From: an uncultured Alphaproteobacteria bacterium
Lineage (GTDB): Bacteria; Pseudomonadota; Alphaproteobacteria; MPNO01; DASWLB01
Length of the DNA: 64,000 nucleotides
Direction of reading: 5' to 3'
NCBI GenBank assembly: GCA_963775315.1
Contig: CAVZIN010000007.1
Coordinates: 393,193-457,192 of the forward strand
Shown here: positions 53,623 to 64,000 of the stretch, in pieces
How the letters are laid out: each line of letters opens with the position of its first letter
How positions within the stretch are numbered: the first letter of the stretch is position 1
Made by a program: the position numbers and the translations under genes
The notes under the pieces: generated by a model
Told to the model about the DNA's origin: nothing
The model's database searches: none
Seen by the model: only the letters and a program-made list of their open reading frames with translations

Positions 53623-53715
53623 CCGCGCTCGACCCTCGCGGCGAAGGAGAGCGTTTCCCGCCGGCCCGCCGGAATGCTAGGCTCGTCCGCAAGGTCGACC
53701 GGCGGGAGGACGCCC

Positions 53716-54786
53716 ATGTTCCTGCGCAATTTCTGGTATGCGGCCGCGTGGCCGGGCGAAATCGGCGATGCGCCGCTCGCCCGCACCATTTGCGGCGAGC
53801 CCATCGCTCTGTTTCGGACGGCGGACGGCGCCTTTGCGGCGCTCGAGGACCGGTGCTGTCACCGGAACCTGCCGCTGTCGATGGGCCACGTCGAGGGCGA
53901 ACGGCTGCGCTGCGGCTATCACGGGCTGGTGTTCGACCGGTCCGGCCAGGTTGTCGAGATTCCCGGCCAGTCGCACATCCCGCCCGGCGCGCAGGTGAGG
54001 CACTACCCGCTGGTCGAGAAGTGGAAGCTTCTCTGGATATGGATGGGCGATCCGGCGCGTGCCGACGAGAGCGAGATCCCCGACTGGTTCTATCTCGACC
54101 ATCCCGAGTGGGTGGCGGCGCACGGCAACGAGGAGAAGCCGCTTCACGTCCGCTGCAACTGGGAACTCAACAACGACAATCTGCTCGACCTGTCGCACGT
54201 CATCTACGTCCATTCAGAGACTTTGGGTGGTGCCAATCTCGACCGGTTCCCGATCCGCACCGACCGAGGCGAACGGTCGGTGAGCATGCGGCGTTTCGTG
54301 ACCGACGTGCCGCCGATGCCGCTGTTTGCGCGCTACCTCGGGGTCAGCGGCAACATGGACCGCTGGCAGGAATCCTACATCACGGCCCCGGCGCATTGCA
54401 TCGTCGACGCGGGCTTCGCGCCGCACGGCCAGTTCCGGGCTGACGCGCCGCGCGAGGGCCACGCGCTCGGCTTCCGCCCGCTGATCACCGCGACGCCCGA
54501 GACCGAGGGCACGTTCCTCATGTTTTACGCCCAGTGCCGCAACTTCGCCCTCGATAACGAGGAACTGACCAGAAAGATGGTCGGCGACTTCCGCGGCGTC
54601 TTCCTCGAGGACGTGGCGGTGATGGAGGCGCAGCAGCGGGTCAACGAGGCAAACCCGGACGCGCCCCGGATCGACATCAACGCCGACGCGCCGCACCTCG
54701 CCATGCGCCAGGTGATCCGCCGACTGATGGCGGCCGAGCAGGCCGGGGCCGCCACCGCGGGTGCCCGCGCCAGCGCGGCGGAGTAG
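53716..54786 (+). CDS. Rieske non-heme iron aromatic ring-hydroxylating oxygenase alpha subunit (VanA/phthalate-family, class IA)
   Basis: Frame of ORF 53674..54786, start at MFLRNFWY. Rieske box [13 protein letters not shown]16-CGYHG. Mononuclear iron region [12 protein letters not shown]. Confidence 0.85.
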   Translation: MFLRNFWYAAAWPGEIGDAPLARTICGEPIALFRTADGAFAALEDRCCHRNLPLSMGHVEGERLRCGYHGLVFDRSGQVVEIPGQSHIPPGAQVRHYPLVEKWKLLWIWMGDPARADESEIPDWFYLDHPEWVAAHGNEEKPLHVRCNWELNNDNLLDLSHVIYVHSETLGGANLDRFPIRTDRGERSVSMRRFVTDVPPMPLFARYLGVSGNMDRWQESYITAPAHCIVDAGFAPHGQFRADAPREGHALGFRPLITATPETEGTFLMFYAQCRNFALDNEELTRKMVGDFRGVFLEDVAVMEAQQRVNEANPDAPRIDINADAPHLAMRQVIRRLMAAEQAGAATAGARASAAE

Positions 54787-54835
54787 GGGGCCGGACCTCC
54801 CCGGCCGCCGGCCGCAGGCGTCCGCCCACCAGCGT

Positions 54836-54863
54836 TGGACATTGGCGGCGGATTCGCTATAAA
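54836..54863 (+). promoter_or_regulatory. Candidate sigma70-type promoter of the nuo operon (TGGACA-N16-TATAAA)
   Basis: The only AT-rich hexamer pair in the 210-bp nuoA upstream region. About 130 nt upstream of the nuoA ATG. Confidence 0.35.
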
Positions 54864-54995
54864 TCGGTCGCCGTCAGGGCGACGGGCGGGGCTTGCCTCG
54901 CCTGCCGGGGGACACAAGGTAGACCAGAGGGGACCCGCCGCGACGGTTTCGCGGCACCGCCGGGCTCGACGGGCCCGGCGAGAGGACCAGTACTT

Positions 54996-55361
54996 ATGGA
55001 AAGCATGCTCCGCGAGTACCTGCCGATCCTGATCTTCCTCGCCATCGCGGCGGGGGTGGGGATCGCGGCGGTGGCGGCGTCCTACATTCTGGCGCGGCAG
55101 CGGCCCGACAGCGCCAAGGAATCCGCCTATGAGTGCGGGTTCGAGGCGTTCGGCGACGCGCGCGGCCAGTTCGACGTGCGATTCTACCTGGTGTCGATCC
55201 TGTTCATCATTTTCGACCTGGAGGTCGCGTTTCTGTTCCCCTGGGCAGTGGCGCTCGGCAAGATCGGCATGCTCGGATTCTGGTCGATGGTCGCTTTCCT
55301 GGGCGTTCTCACCGTCGGGTTTATCTATGAATGGCGGAAAGGGGCCCTGGAATGGGAGTGA
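54996..55361 (+). CDS. nuoA: NADH-quinone oxidoreductase subunit A
   Basis: ORF 54996..55361. Confidence 0.95.
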   Translation: MESMLREYLPILIFLAIAAGVGIAAVAASYILARQRPDSAKESAYECGFEAFGDARGQFDVRFYLVSILFIIFDLEVAFLFPWAVALGKIGMLGFWSMVAFLGVLTVGFIYEWRKGALEWE

Positions 55362-55891
55362 TCTCCAGGGGCGCGCCCGTGCCGCCCGGCCCCGCCCAGG
55401 ACGCGCTGCTGCGCCAGGCGACGGACCATCTGGCCGAGAAAGGTTTCCTGGTCTCGACCGCCGACAGGCTGATCTCCTGGGCGCAGTCGGGCTCGCTCTG
55501 GCCGATGACGTTCGGCCTCGCCTGCTGCGCGGTCGAGATGATGCACTCGGCGGCGAGCCGCTACGACCTCGACCGGTTCGGGGTGGTGTTCCGCCCCTCG
55601 CCGCGCCAGTCGGACGTGATGATCGTGGCCGGCACGCTCTGCAACAAGATGGCGCCGGCGCTCCGCAAGGTCTACGACCAGATGGCCGAGCCGCGCTGGG
55701 TGATCTCGATGGGAAGCTGCGCCAACGGCGGCGGCTACTATCACTATTCCTACTCGGTGGTGCGCGGCTGCGACCGCGTGGTGCCGGTCGACGTCTACGT
55801 GCCCGGCTGCCCGCCCACGGCCGAGGCTTTGCTCTACGGTATCCTGCAGCTCCAGAAGAAGATCCGGCGGACCAGCACCATCGCCCGCTGA
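55352..55891 (+). CDS. nuoB: NADH-quinone oxidoreductase subunit B
   Basis: ORF 55331..55891, start at MGVISRG. CCAVEMM...[14 protein letters not shown]...CPP. Confidence 0.95.
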   Translation: MGVISRGAPVPPGPAQDALLRQATDHLAEKGFLVSTADRLISWAQSGSLWPMTFGLACCAVEMMHSAASRYDLDRFGVVFRPSPRQSDVMIVAGTLCNKMAPALRKVYDQMAEPRWVISMGSCANGGGYYHYSYSVVRGCDRVVPVDVYVPGCPPTAEALLYGILQLQKKIRRTSTIAR

Positions 55892-55926
55892 GCCCGAAAG
55901 CCGCGCGCCCGAATTGGACCTCGCCC

Positions 55927-56559
55927 TTGGCTGAACCGACGCGAACGACCGACACCCAGGCCCTCGAGGAGCTGGCGGAGTTTCTGCGCACCGCCCTCGG
56001 CGAGGACGTGGTGGCGAGCGCCCGCATCGCTCTCGGCGAGCTGATGGTCGAGGTGCCGGCGCTGCAGATCGTGCCGGTGCTCACCTTCCTTCGCGACAAT
56101 TCGAACTGTCTTTTCAAGACGCTGGTCGACATCACCGGTGTCGACTATCCCGACCGCGATAAGCGGTTCGAGGTGGTCTACAACCTGCTGAGCCTCCGGC
56201 TGAACCAGCAAATCCGCGTGAAGTGCGCGACCGACGAGGCAACCCCGGTGCCGTCGGCGACCGGCGTCTACAACGCCGCCAACTGGTACGAGCGCGAGAC
56301 CTGGGACCTGTTCGGGGTGATGTTCTCCGACCATCCGGACCTCCGGCGCATCCTCACCGACTATGGGTTCGACGGCCATCCGCTGCGCAAGGACTTCCCG
56401 CTGACGGGGTTCGTCGAGGTGCGCTATGACGAGGCCGAGAAGCGCGTGGTCTACGAGCCGGTGCGGCTCGCGCAGGAATTCCGCCGGTTCGATTTCATGA
56501 GCCCCTGGGAGGGGGCGCACTACGTGCTGCCGGGCGACGAGAAGGCGACGAAGCCCTGA
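55927..56559 (+). CDS. nuoC: NADH-quinone oxidoreductase subunit C
   Basis: C-terminal part of the frame of ORF 55129..56559. Probable TTG/alternative start near 55927. ..[42 protein letters not shown].. Confidence 0.85.
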   Translation: MAEPTRTTDTQALEELAEFLRTALGEDVVASARIALGELMVEVPALQIVPVLTFLRDNSNCLFKTLVDITGVDYPDRDKRFEVVYNLLSLRLNQQIRVKCATDEATPVPSATGVYNAANWYERETWDLFGVMFSDHPDLRRILTDYGFDGHPLRKDFPLTGFVEVRYDEAEKRVVYEPVRLAQEFRRFDFMSPWEGAHYVLPGDEKATKP

Positions 56560-57737
56560 TGCCCGAGACGAAGATCAAGAACCTGACGATGAATTTCGGG
56601 CCGCAGCACCCGGCGGCGCACGGCGTGCTGCGCCTCGTGCTCGAGATGGACGGCGAGGTGATCGAGCGGGCCGATCCGCATATCGGCCTCCTTCATCGCG
56701 GCACCGAAAAGCTGATCGAATACAAGACCTACGTCCAGGCGGTGCCCTATTTCGACCGGCTCGACTACGTCTCGCCGATGTGCCAGGAGCACGCCTTCGC
56801 GCTGGCGACCGAGAAGCTGCTCGGCATCGAGGTGCCGGAGCGCGCGCAGTATATCCGCGTGCTGTTCGCCGAAATTACCCGGCTGCTGAACCATCTTCTC
56901 AACCTCACCACCTTCGCTCTCGACGTCGGCGCGATGACGCCGCTCCTCTGGGGGTTCGAGGAGCGCGAGAAGCTGATGGAGTTCTACGAGCGCGTGTCGG
57001 GCGCGCGGCTCCACTCGGCCTATTTCCGCCCGGGCGGGGTGCATCTCGACATGCCGGCGGGCCTCGCGGAAGACATTGCGGCGTTCTCCGCCGCCTTCCC
57101 CAAGTTCATCGACGACCTCGAGGCGCTGCTCACCGAGAACCGCATCTTCAAGCAGCGCACGGTGAATATCGGCATCGTGTCGGCCGAGGACGCGCTCGAC
57201 TGGTCGTTCTCGGGCCCGATGCTGCGCGCCTCGGGCGTCGCCTGGGATTTGCGCAAGGCGCAGCCCTACGACGTCTACGACCGGATGGATTTCGACATCC
57301 CAGTCGGCAAGAACGGCGATTGCTACGACCGCTACCTCATCCGGGTCGAGGAGATGCGCCAGAGCCTCCGCATCGTCGACCAATGCCTGCGCGACATGCC
57401 GGAAGGCCCGATCAAGACGCAGGATTTCAAGATCTCGCCCCCCAAGCGCGCCGAGATGAAGCGCTCGATGGAGGCGCTGATCCACCACTTCAAGCTCTAC
57501 ACCGAGGGCTACCACGTGCCGGAGGGCGAGACCTACACGGCCGTCGAGGCGCCGAAGGGCGAGTTCGGCGTCTATCTCGTCGCCGACGGCACCAACAAGC
57601 CCTATCGCTGCAAGATCCGCGCGCCGGGCTTCGCCTTCATGCAGGGCACCGACTTCATGTCGAAAGGCCACATGCTGGCCGACGTGGTGGCGATCATCGG
57701 CTCGATGGACATCGTGTTCGGCGAGGTGGACCGATGA
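56559..57737 (+). CDS. nuoD: NADH-quinone oxidoreductase subunit D
   Basis: ORF 56559..57737. Confidence 0.95.
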   Translation: MPETKIKNLTMNFGPQHPAAHGVLRLVLEMDGEVIERADPHIGLLHRGTEKLIEYKTYVQAVPYFDRLDYVSPMCQEHAFALATEKLLGIEVPERAQYIRVLFAEITRLLNHLLNLTTFALDVGAMTPLLWGFEEREKLMEFYERVSGARLHSAYFRPGGVHLDMPAGLAEDIAAFSAAFPKFIDDLEALLTENRIFKQRTVNIGIVSAEDALDWSFSGPMLRASGVAWDLRKAQPYDVYDRMDFDIPVGKNGDCYDRYLIRVEEMRQSLRIVDQCLRDMPEGPIKTQDFKISPPKRAEMKRSMEALIHHFKLYTEGYHVPEGETYTAVEAPKGEFGVYLVADGTNKPYRCKIRAPGFAFMQGTDFMSKGHMLADVVAIIGSMDIVFGEVDR

Positions 57738-58324
57738 GCGGGCCCGAGAACTTCGAGTTCACCACCGAGAATCTCGCGCGCGCCAAGGCGATCGTCGCGA
57801 AATATCCCGAGGGGCGTCAGGCCTCGGCGGTCATGCCGCTGCTCGACCTCGCCCAGCGCCAAGCGGGCGGATGGCTCCCGCGCGCGGCGATGGACTATGT
57901 CGGCGACTATCTCGGCATGCCGCATATCCGGGTGTACGAGGTCGCGTCGTTCTACGAGATGTACAACCTCGCCCCGGTCGGCGAGCACTTCATCCGCATC
58001 TGCATCACCATGCCCTGCATGCTGCGCGGCTCGCACGAGACCATGCATGTCTGCGAGGACAAGCTCGGAATCGCCGAGGGCGAGACGACGGCGGACGGCA
58101 AGTTCACCCTGCACGGGGTCCAGTGCCTCGGCGCCTGCGTCAACGCGCCCGTGGTGTGGATCGGCGACGACTACTACGAGGACGTCGGCGCCGAGCAGAT
58201 GAAGAAGATCATCGACGCGCTGAAGAAGGGTGAGGCCGTGAAGCCCGGGTCGCAGATCGGGCGCCACGGCTCGATGTCGGCGGCCGGGCGGACGACGCTG
58301 CTCGGTTCCGAGGAGAAGGCGTGA
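57734..58324 (+). CDS. nuoE: NADH-quinone oxidoreductase subunit E
   Basis: Frame of ORF 56780..58324. ATG at 57734 overlaps the nuoD stop. Cys motifs CITMPC...CLGACVNAP. Confidence 0.9.
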   Translation: MSGPENFEFTTENLARAKAIVAKYPEGRQASAVMPLLDLAQRQAGGWLPRAAMDYVGDYLGMPHIRVYEVASFYEMYNLAPVGEHFIRICITMPCMLRGSHETMHVCEDKLGIAEGETTADGKFTLHGVQCLGACVNAPVVWIGDDYYEDVGAEQMKKIIDALKKGEAVKPGSQIGRHGSMSAAGRTTLLGSEEKA

Positions 58325-58328
58325 GGCG

Positions 58329-59615
<1,287 letters not shown>

Positions 59616-59623
59616 GGCGCGCC

Positions 59624-61687
59624 ATGGCCAAGCTCACCATCGACGGGATCGAGATCGAGGTGCCCAACGGGGTCACCGTGCTCCAGGCCTGCGAGCTCGC
59701 CGGCAAGGAGATTCCGCGCTTCTGCTATCACGAACGGCTGTCGGTCGCCGGCAATTGTCGCATGTGCCTCGTGGAGATGGAGCGATCGCCGAAGCCGATC
59801 GCATCCTGCGCCCAGCCGGTCTCGGACGGGATGGTGATCAAGACCAATACGCCCATGGTGATGAAGGCGCGTCAGGGGGTGATGGAGTTCCTGCTGATCA
59901 ACCACCCGCTCGACTGCCCGATCTGCGACCAAGGCGGCGAGTGCGACCTGCAGGACCAGGCGATGGCCTACGGCTTCGACCGGTCGCGCTTCGCCGAGAA
60001 CAAGCGCGCCGTCGCCGACAAGGATTTCGGCCCGCTGATCGAGACTTCGATGACGCGCTGCATCCAGTGCACGCGCTGCGTCCGCTTCATGGCAGAGATC
60101 GCGGGCGTCGAGACGCTGGGCGCAACCGGTCGCGGCGAGGCGATGGAGATCACGACCTTCATCGGTGCCGGCATCGATTCCGAGGTTTCGGGAAACATCA
60201 TCGACCTCTGCCCGGTCGGCGCGCTGACCTCGAAGCCCTACGAGTACGTCGCCCGGCCGTGGGAAATGACGCGCACCGAATCCGTGGACGTGCTCGATGC
60301 GGTCGGGTCGAGCATCCGGGTCGATGCGCGCGGCCGCCAGGTGCTGCGCGTCCTCCCGGTGCTGAACGAGGACGTGAACGAGGAGTGGATCTCCGACAAG
60401 ACCCGCTTCTCCTATGACGGACTCAAGCGCCAGCGGCTCGACACGCCCTATGTGCGGCGGGACGGGAAGCTGCAGCCCGCGTCGTGGGGCGAGGCGTTCG
60501 AGGTGATTGCCACCAAGGCCAAGGAGGTGGGCGGGGAGCGTATTGCCGCGCTCGCGGGAAATCTCGCCTGCTGCGAGTCGATGGCCGCGCTCGCCGATTT
60601 GATGGACGGGCTCGGCGCGCCGCACCTCGACTGCCGACAGGACGGTGCGAAGCTCGATCCCAAGGCGCGCGCGTCGTACCTGTTCAACACCACCATCGCC
60701 GGAATCGAACAAGCGGACGCCTGCCTGATCGTCGGCTCCGACCCGCGCCACGAGGCGCCGATTGTCAATCTTCGGCTTCGCAAGCGGGCGATCCAGGGCG
60801 GGTTCCCGGTGGGCGTGATCGGGCCCCGCATCGACCTCACCTACCGCACGCAGCCTCTCGGCGCGGGGCCGGAGACACTGGCCCAGATTGCCGACGGCAC
60901 GCACGAATTCTGCCAGGTGCTGGAAAAGGCCGAGCGCCCGATGCTGATCCTCGGGATGGGCGCGCTGGCGCGGCCCGACGGGGCGCGGGTGCTGGGCGCG
61001 GCCCGTCGCGTCGCCGAGCGGTTCGGGTTGGTGAAGCCCGACTGGAACGGGTTCAACGTACTGCACACGGCGGCCGCGCGCGTCGGCGGGCTGGAGCTCG
61101 GCTTCGTGCCACGCGCGAAAGGGCGCGACACCGCGGGCATCATCGAAGGCGCGCAGTCGGGCGCGATCGGGCTCGTCTACCTGCTTGGCGCCGACGAGAT
61201 CGACATGGCGAAGCTCGGGAAGGCGTTCGTCGTCTACCAGGGCCATCACGGCGATGCTGGGGCACACCGCGCCGACGTGATTCTGCCGGGCGCCGCCTAT
61301 ACCGAAAAAGACGCGACCTACGTCAACACCGAGGGTCGGGTACAGCGCGGCTTCCGCGCCGTCTTTCCGCCGGGCGAGGCGCGCGAGGACTGGGCGATCC
61401 TGCGGGCGCTCTCGGCCGTGCTCGGCACGCCCTTGCCCTATGACGACCTTGAGGCGGTGCGGAAGCGGATGGCGGACATCAAGCTCACCTTCGCCGCTGT
61501 CGGCACCGTCGCCGGCGCCACCTGGGGCGCGTTCGGCGAGGAGGGGCCGATGGACGGTCAGCCATTCGCCCTGCCGATTGCGAATTTCTACATGACCGAT
61601 CCGATCACGCGCGTGTCGGAGACGATGGCCAAATGCACCGCCGCGTTCGGCAGGCTGGCGGGGGCGAGGACCGGCACGCATGGCTAG
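59624..61687 (+). CDS. nuoG: NADH-quinone oxidoreductase subunit G
   Basis: Frame of ORF 58523..61687 from [13 protein letters not shown]. Confidence 0.93.
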   Translation: MAKLTIDGIEIEVPNGVTVLQACELAGKEIPRFCYHERLSVAGNCRMCLVEMERSPKPIASCAQPVSDGMVIKTNTPMVMKARQGVMEFLLINHPLDCPICDQGGECDLQDQAMAYGFDRSRFAENKRAVADKDFGPLIETSMTRCIQCTRCVRFMAEIAGVETLGATGRGEAMEITTFIGAGIDSEVSGNIIDLCPVGALTSKPYEYVARPWEMTRTESVDVLDAVGSSIRVDARGRQVLRVLPVLNEDVNEEWISDKTRFSYDGLKRQRLDTPYVRRDGKLQPASWGEAFEVIATKAKEVGGERIAALAGNLACCESMAALADLMDGLGAPHLDCRQDGAKLDPKARASYLFNTTIAGIEQADACLIVGSDPRHEAPIVNLRLRKRAIQGGFPVGVIGPRIDLTYRTQPLGAGPETLAQIADGTHEFCQVLEKAERPMLILGMGALARPDGARVLGAARRVAERFGLVKPDWNGFNVLHTAAARVGGLELGFVPRAKGRDTAGIIEGAQSGAIGLVYLLGADEIDMAKLGKAFVVYQGHHGDAGAHRADVILPGAAYTEKDATYVNTEGRVQRGFRAVFPPGEAREDWAILRALSAVLGTPLPYDDLEAVRKRMADIKLTFAAVGTVAGATWGAFGEEGPMDGQPFALPIANFYMTDPITRVSETMAKCTAAFGRLAGARTGTHG

Positions 61688-62690
61688 CGCCTGGAACACC
61701 TACGTCTGGCCGACGGCGATCATCCTCGCCGAGATCATCGCGATCGTGCTGGTCGTGATGGCCGCGGTCGCCTACCTGACCTATGCCGAGCGCAAGGTCA
61801 TCGCCGCCATGCAGCTCCGCAAGGGGCCCAACGTGGTGGGGCCGTTCGGGCTGTTCCAGCCGATCGCGGACGGGGTGAAGCTCCTGTTCAAGGAGACGGT
61901 GATCCCGTCCGGCGCCAACCGGGTGGTGTTCATCGTCGCGCCGATGGTGACGTTCGGCCTCGCGCTGCTCGCCTGGGCGGTGATCCCGTTCGGGCCGGGC
62001 ATCGTGCTCGCCAACATCAATGTCGGCATCCTCTATTTGTTCGCGATCTCCTCGCTCGGCGTCTACGGCATCGTGATGGCGGGCTGGGCGTCGAACTCGC
62101 GCTACGCCTTTCTCGGCGCGCTGCGCTCGGCGGCGCAGATGGTGTCGTACGAGGTGTCGATCGGCTTCGTGATGATCACGGTGCTGCTCTGCGTCGGGTC
62201 GCTCAACCTGTCGGAGATCGTGCTGGCGCAGCGGACCGTGTGGTTCTGCGTCCCGCTGTTCCCGATGTTCGTGGTGTTCTTCATCTCCGCGCTCGCCGAG
62301 ACGAACCGCGCGCCGTTCGACCTGCCCGAGGCCGAGGCCGAGCTTGTGGCCGGCTACAATGTCGAGTACTCGTCCATGACTTTCGGCCTGTTCATGCTGG
62401 GCGAGTACGCGAACATGATCGTGATGAGCGCGTCGACCTCGATCCTGTTCCTGGGCGGCTGGCTGCCGCCCTTCGGCGTCGTCCCGTTCACCTGGATTCC
62501 GGGCCCCGTGTGGTTCGCCGCCAAAGTGGCGGCAGTGCTGTTCGTGTTCCTTTGGGTGCGCGCGACCTTCCCGCGCTACCGCTACGACCAGCTCATGCGG
62601 CTCGGCTGGAAGGTGTTCCTGCCGGTCTCGCTGTTCTGGCTGGTGGCGACGGCGGGCGTGCTTGAAGCCACGGGGTGGCTGCCGAAATGA
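61680..62690 (+). CDS. nuoH: NADH-quinone oxidoreductase subunit H
   Basis: ORF 61680..62690. Confidence 0.95.
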   Translation: MASAWNTYVWPTAIILAEIIAIVLVVMAAVAYLTYAERKVIAAMQLRKGPNVVGPFGLFQPIADGVKLLFKETVIPSGANRVVFIVAPMVTFGLALLAWAVIPFGPGIVLANINVGILYLFAISSLGVYGIVMAGWASNSRYAFLGALRSAAQMVSYEVSIGFVMITVLLCVGSLNLSEIVLAQRTVWFCVPLFPMFVVFFISALAETNRAPFDLPEAEAELVAGYNVEYSSMTFGLFMLGEYANMIVMSASTSILFLGGWLPPFGVVPFTWIPGPVWFAAKVAAVLFVFLWVRATFPRYRYDQLMRLGWKVFLPVSLFWLVATAGVLEATGWLPK

Positions 62691-63172
62691 TGCTCGACCG
62701 CACCGCGCGCTCCTTGTTCCTGGCCGAGCTCGTCTCGGGCATGTGGCTCACGTTGAAGTACTTCTTCAAGCCCAAGGTCACGCTCAACTACCCCTACGAG
62801 AAGGGGCCGATCTCGCCCCGCTTCCGCGGCGAGCACGCGCTGCGCCGCTACCCCTCGGGCGAGGAGCGCTGCATCGCCTGCAAGCTTTGCGAGGCGATCT
62901 GCCCGGCGCTCGCCATCACCATCGAGGCCGAGCCGCGGGCCGACGGCTCGCGCCGCACCACGCGCTACGACATCGACATGGTGAAATGCATCTATTGCGG
63001 CCTCTGCGAGGAGGCGTGCCCGGTCGACGCTATCGTCGAGGGGCCGAACTTCGAGTTCGCGACCTACACGCGCGAGGAACTGCTCTACAACAAGGAAAAG
63101 CTGCTGGCGAACGGCGACCGGTGGGAGCCCGAGATCGCCCAGCGGCTCGAGGCCGACGCGCCGTATCGGTGA
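62687..63172 (+). CDS. nuoI: NADH-quinone oxidoreductase subunit I
   Basis: ORF 62675..63172, start at MMLDRT. Two CxxCxxCxxxCP ferredoxin motifs. Confidence 0.93.
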   Translation: MMLDRTARSLFLAELVSGMWLTLKYFFKPKVTLNYPYEKGPISPRFRGEHALRRYPSGEERCIACKLCEAICPALAITIEAEPRADGSRRTTRYDIDMVKCIYCGLCEEACPVDAIVEGPNFEFATYTREELLYNKEKLLANGDRWEPEIAQRLEADAPYR

Positions 63173-63211
63173 TCGGACGGATGGGGGCAAGAATAATGAT
63201 CGAAGGGGCCG

Positions 63212-63358
63212 TGCCCCTCACCCTGTCCCTCTCCCGAAGGGAGAGGGGACATTGCGACCGCCGGCTAGCGAGCCTTTCCGGCTTGCGGCGTATGGGCGGG
63301 TGCAGGGGTGCGGCGTCACGTTTCCCTCTCCGCCGGGTAGAGGGGCATGGTGAGGGGC
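63212..63358. repeat. REP-like inverted-pair intergenic repeat (copy 2) between nuoI and nuoJ
   Basis: Unit GCCCCTCACCCTGTCCCTCTCCCGAAGGGAGAGGGGAC at 63212..63250 and a reverse-complement unit at about 63324..63358. Same family and architecture as 36187..36330. The central spacer is unrelated. Confidence 0.65.
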
Positions 63359-63368
63359 CTGCGTCGCC

Positions 63369-63977
63369 ATGATTGTCGCAGGGATCGCCTTCTACATCTT
63401 CGCTGCGGTGTGCGTGGCCTCGGGCGCGATGGTGATCTCGTCGCGGAATCCGGTGCATTCCGTGCTGTTCCTGATCCTCGCCTTCTTCAACGCGGCCGGC
63501 CTCTTCCTCCTGATGGGGGCGGAGTTCCTCGCCTTCGTCATGGTGATCGTCTATGTGGGCGCGGTCGCCGTGCTCTTCCTGTTCGTGGTGATGATGCTCG
63601 ATATCAATTTCGTCGAGCTGCGCCAAGGCTTCCTCAACTACCTGCCGATCGGCGCGCTGATCGGGATAGTGTTGCTTGCCGAGCTCGCCCTCGTATTCGG
63701 CGCATGGGCCGTGGCGCCCGGCGCCTCGGCCCATTTCGCCGCCCCGCTCGCCGCCGGCATGACGAACACCGAGGCTCTCGGGCGGCTCCTCTACACCCGC
63801 TACATCTACCTGTTCCAGGCGGCAGGGATGGTGCTGCTGGTCGCGATGATCGGCGCCATCGTGCTGACGCTGCGCCATCGCGGTGGGGTGCGGCGCCAGA
63901 AGATCGCCGACCAGCTCCGCCGCCGGCCGGCGGAAACGATCGAGGTGCGCAAGGTCCAGCCGGGGAGCGGCATCTGA
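63369..63977 (+). CDS. nuoJ: NADH-quinone oxidoreductase subunit J
   Basis: ORF 63369..63977. Confidence 0.93.
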   Translation: MIVAGIAFYIFAAVCVASGAMVISSRNPVHSVLFLILAFFNAAGLFLLMGAEFLAFVMVIVYVGAVAVLFLFVVMMLDINFVELRQGFLNYLPIGALIGIVLLAELALVFGAWAVAPGASAHFAAPLAAGMTNTEALGRLLYTRYIYLFQAAGMVLLVAMIGAIVLTLRHRGGVRRQKIADQLRRRPAETIEVRKVQPGSGI

Positions 63978-64000
63978 TGTTCCATATCGGCCTCGCCCAT
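63977..64000 (+). CDS. nuoK: NADH-quinone oxidoreductase subunit K (first 8 codons, truncated by window end)
   Basis: ATGTTCCATATCGGCCTCGCCCAT (MFHIGLAH) begins with an ATGA overlap on the nuoJ stop. Position in the operon supports the call. Confidence 0.6.

Overview
High-GC (roughly 65-70%) chromosomal segment. Gene content and signals point to an alphaproteobacterium: a CIRCE element upstream of groESL, an EcfG-type GGAAC-N17-CGTT promoter, and nuoA-K/sdhCDAB gene order. From the sequence I can support the following blocks. (1) Copper homeostasis and cytochrome-oxidase copper delivery: csoR and its operator, copA, a YibQ-like deacetylase, PCu(A)C and cox11. (2) One complete TRAP transporter operon (dctPQM) plus three orphan TRAP substrate-binding genes. 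(3) A compositionally atypical glycosylation island at about 18.6-25.2 kb (GC drops to about 50% in the core). It carries a PMT_2/ArnT-like GT-C glycosyltransferase that appears frameshifted, a GT4, two SAM methyltransferases, a flippase-like membrane protein and a GtrB-like GT2. This is the most unusual feature of the window. (4) groES-groEL with CIRCE and an intrinsic terminator. (5) A roughly 730-bp non-coding region upstream of an FKBP gene that ends in a strong intrinsic terminator, which makes it a candidate sRNA or attenuator. (6) gpsA, EVE and Rieske genes, sdhCDAB, zapE and mdh. (7) A minus-strand putative aromatic/ester catabolic cluster: CocE/NonD hydrolase, two TRAP SBPs, an FAD monooxygenase, MarR, a hotdog thioesterase and an SDR. 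(8) htpX-rsmB-rpe-heparinase II/III-like, a serine hydrolase, an enoyl-CoA hydratase, a small GSR-type stress protein and a VanA-like Rieske oxygenase. (9) nuoA through nuoJ and the first codons of nuoK. A REP-like inverted-pair repeat family occurs twice (sdhB/zapE and nuoI/nuoJ intergenic regions). I found no tRNA or rRNA genes, CRISPR arrays, transposases or integrases. Many long Arg/Pro/Ala-rich ORFs on opposite strands or alternative frames are GC-frame artefacts and are not called.
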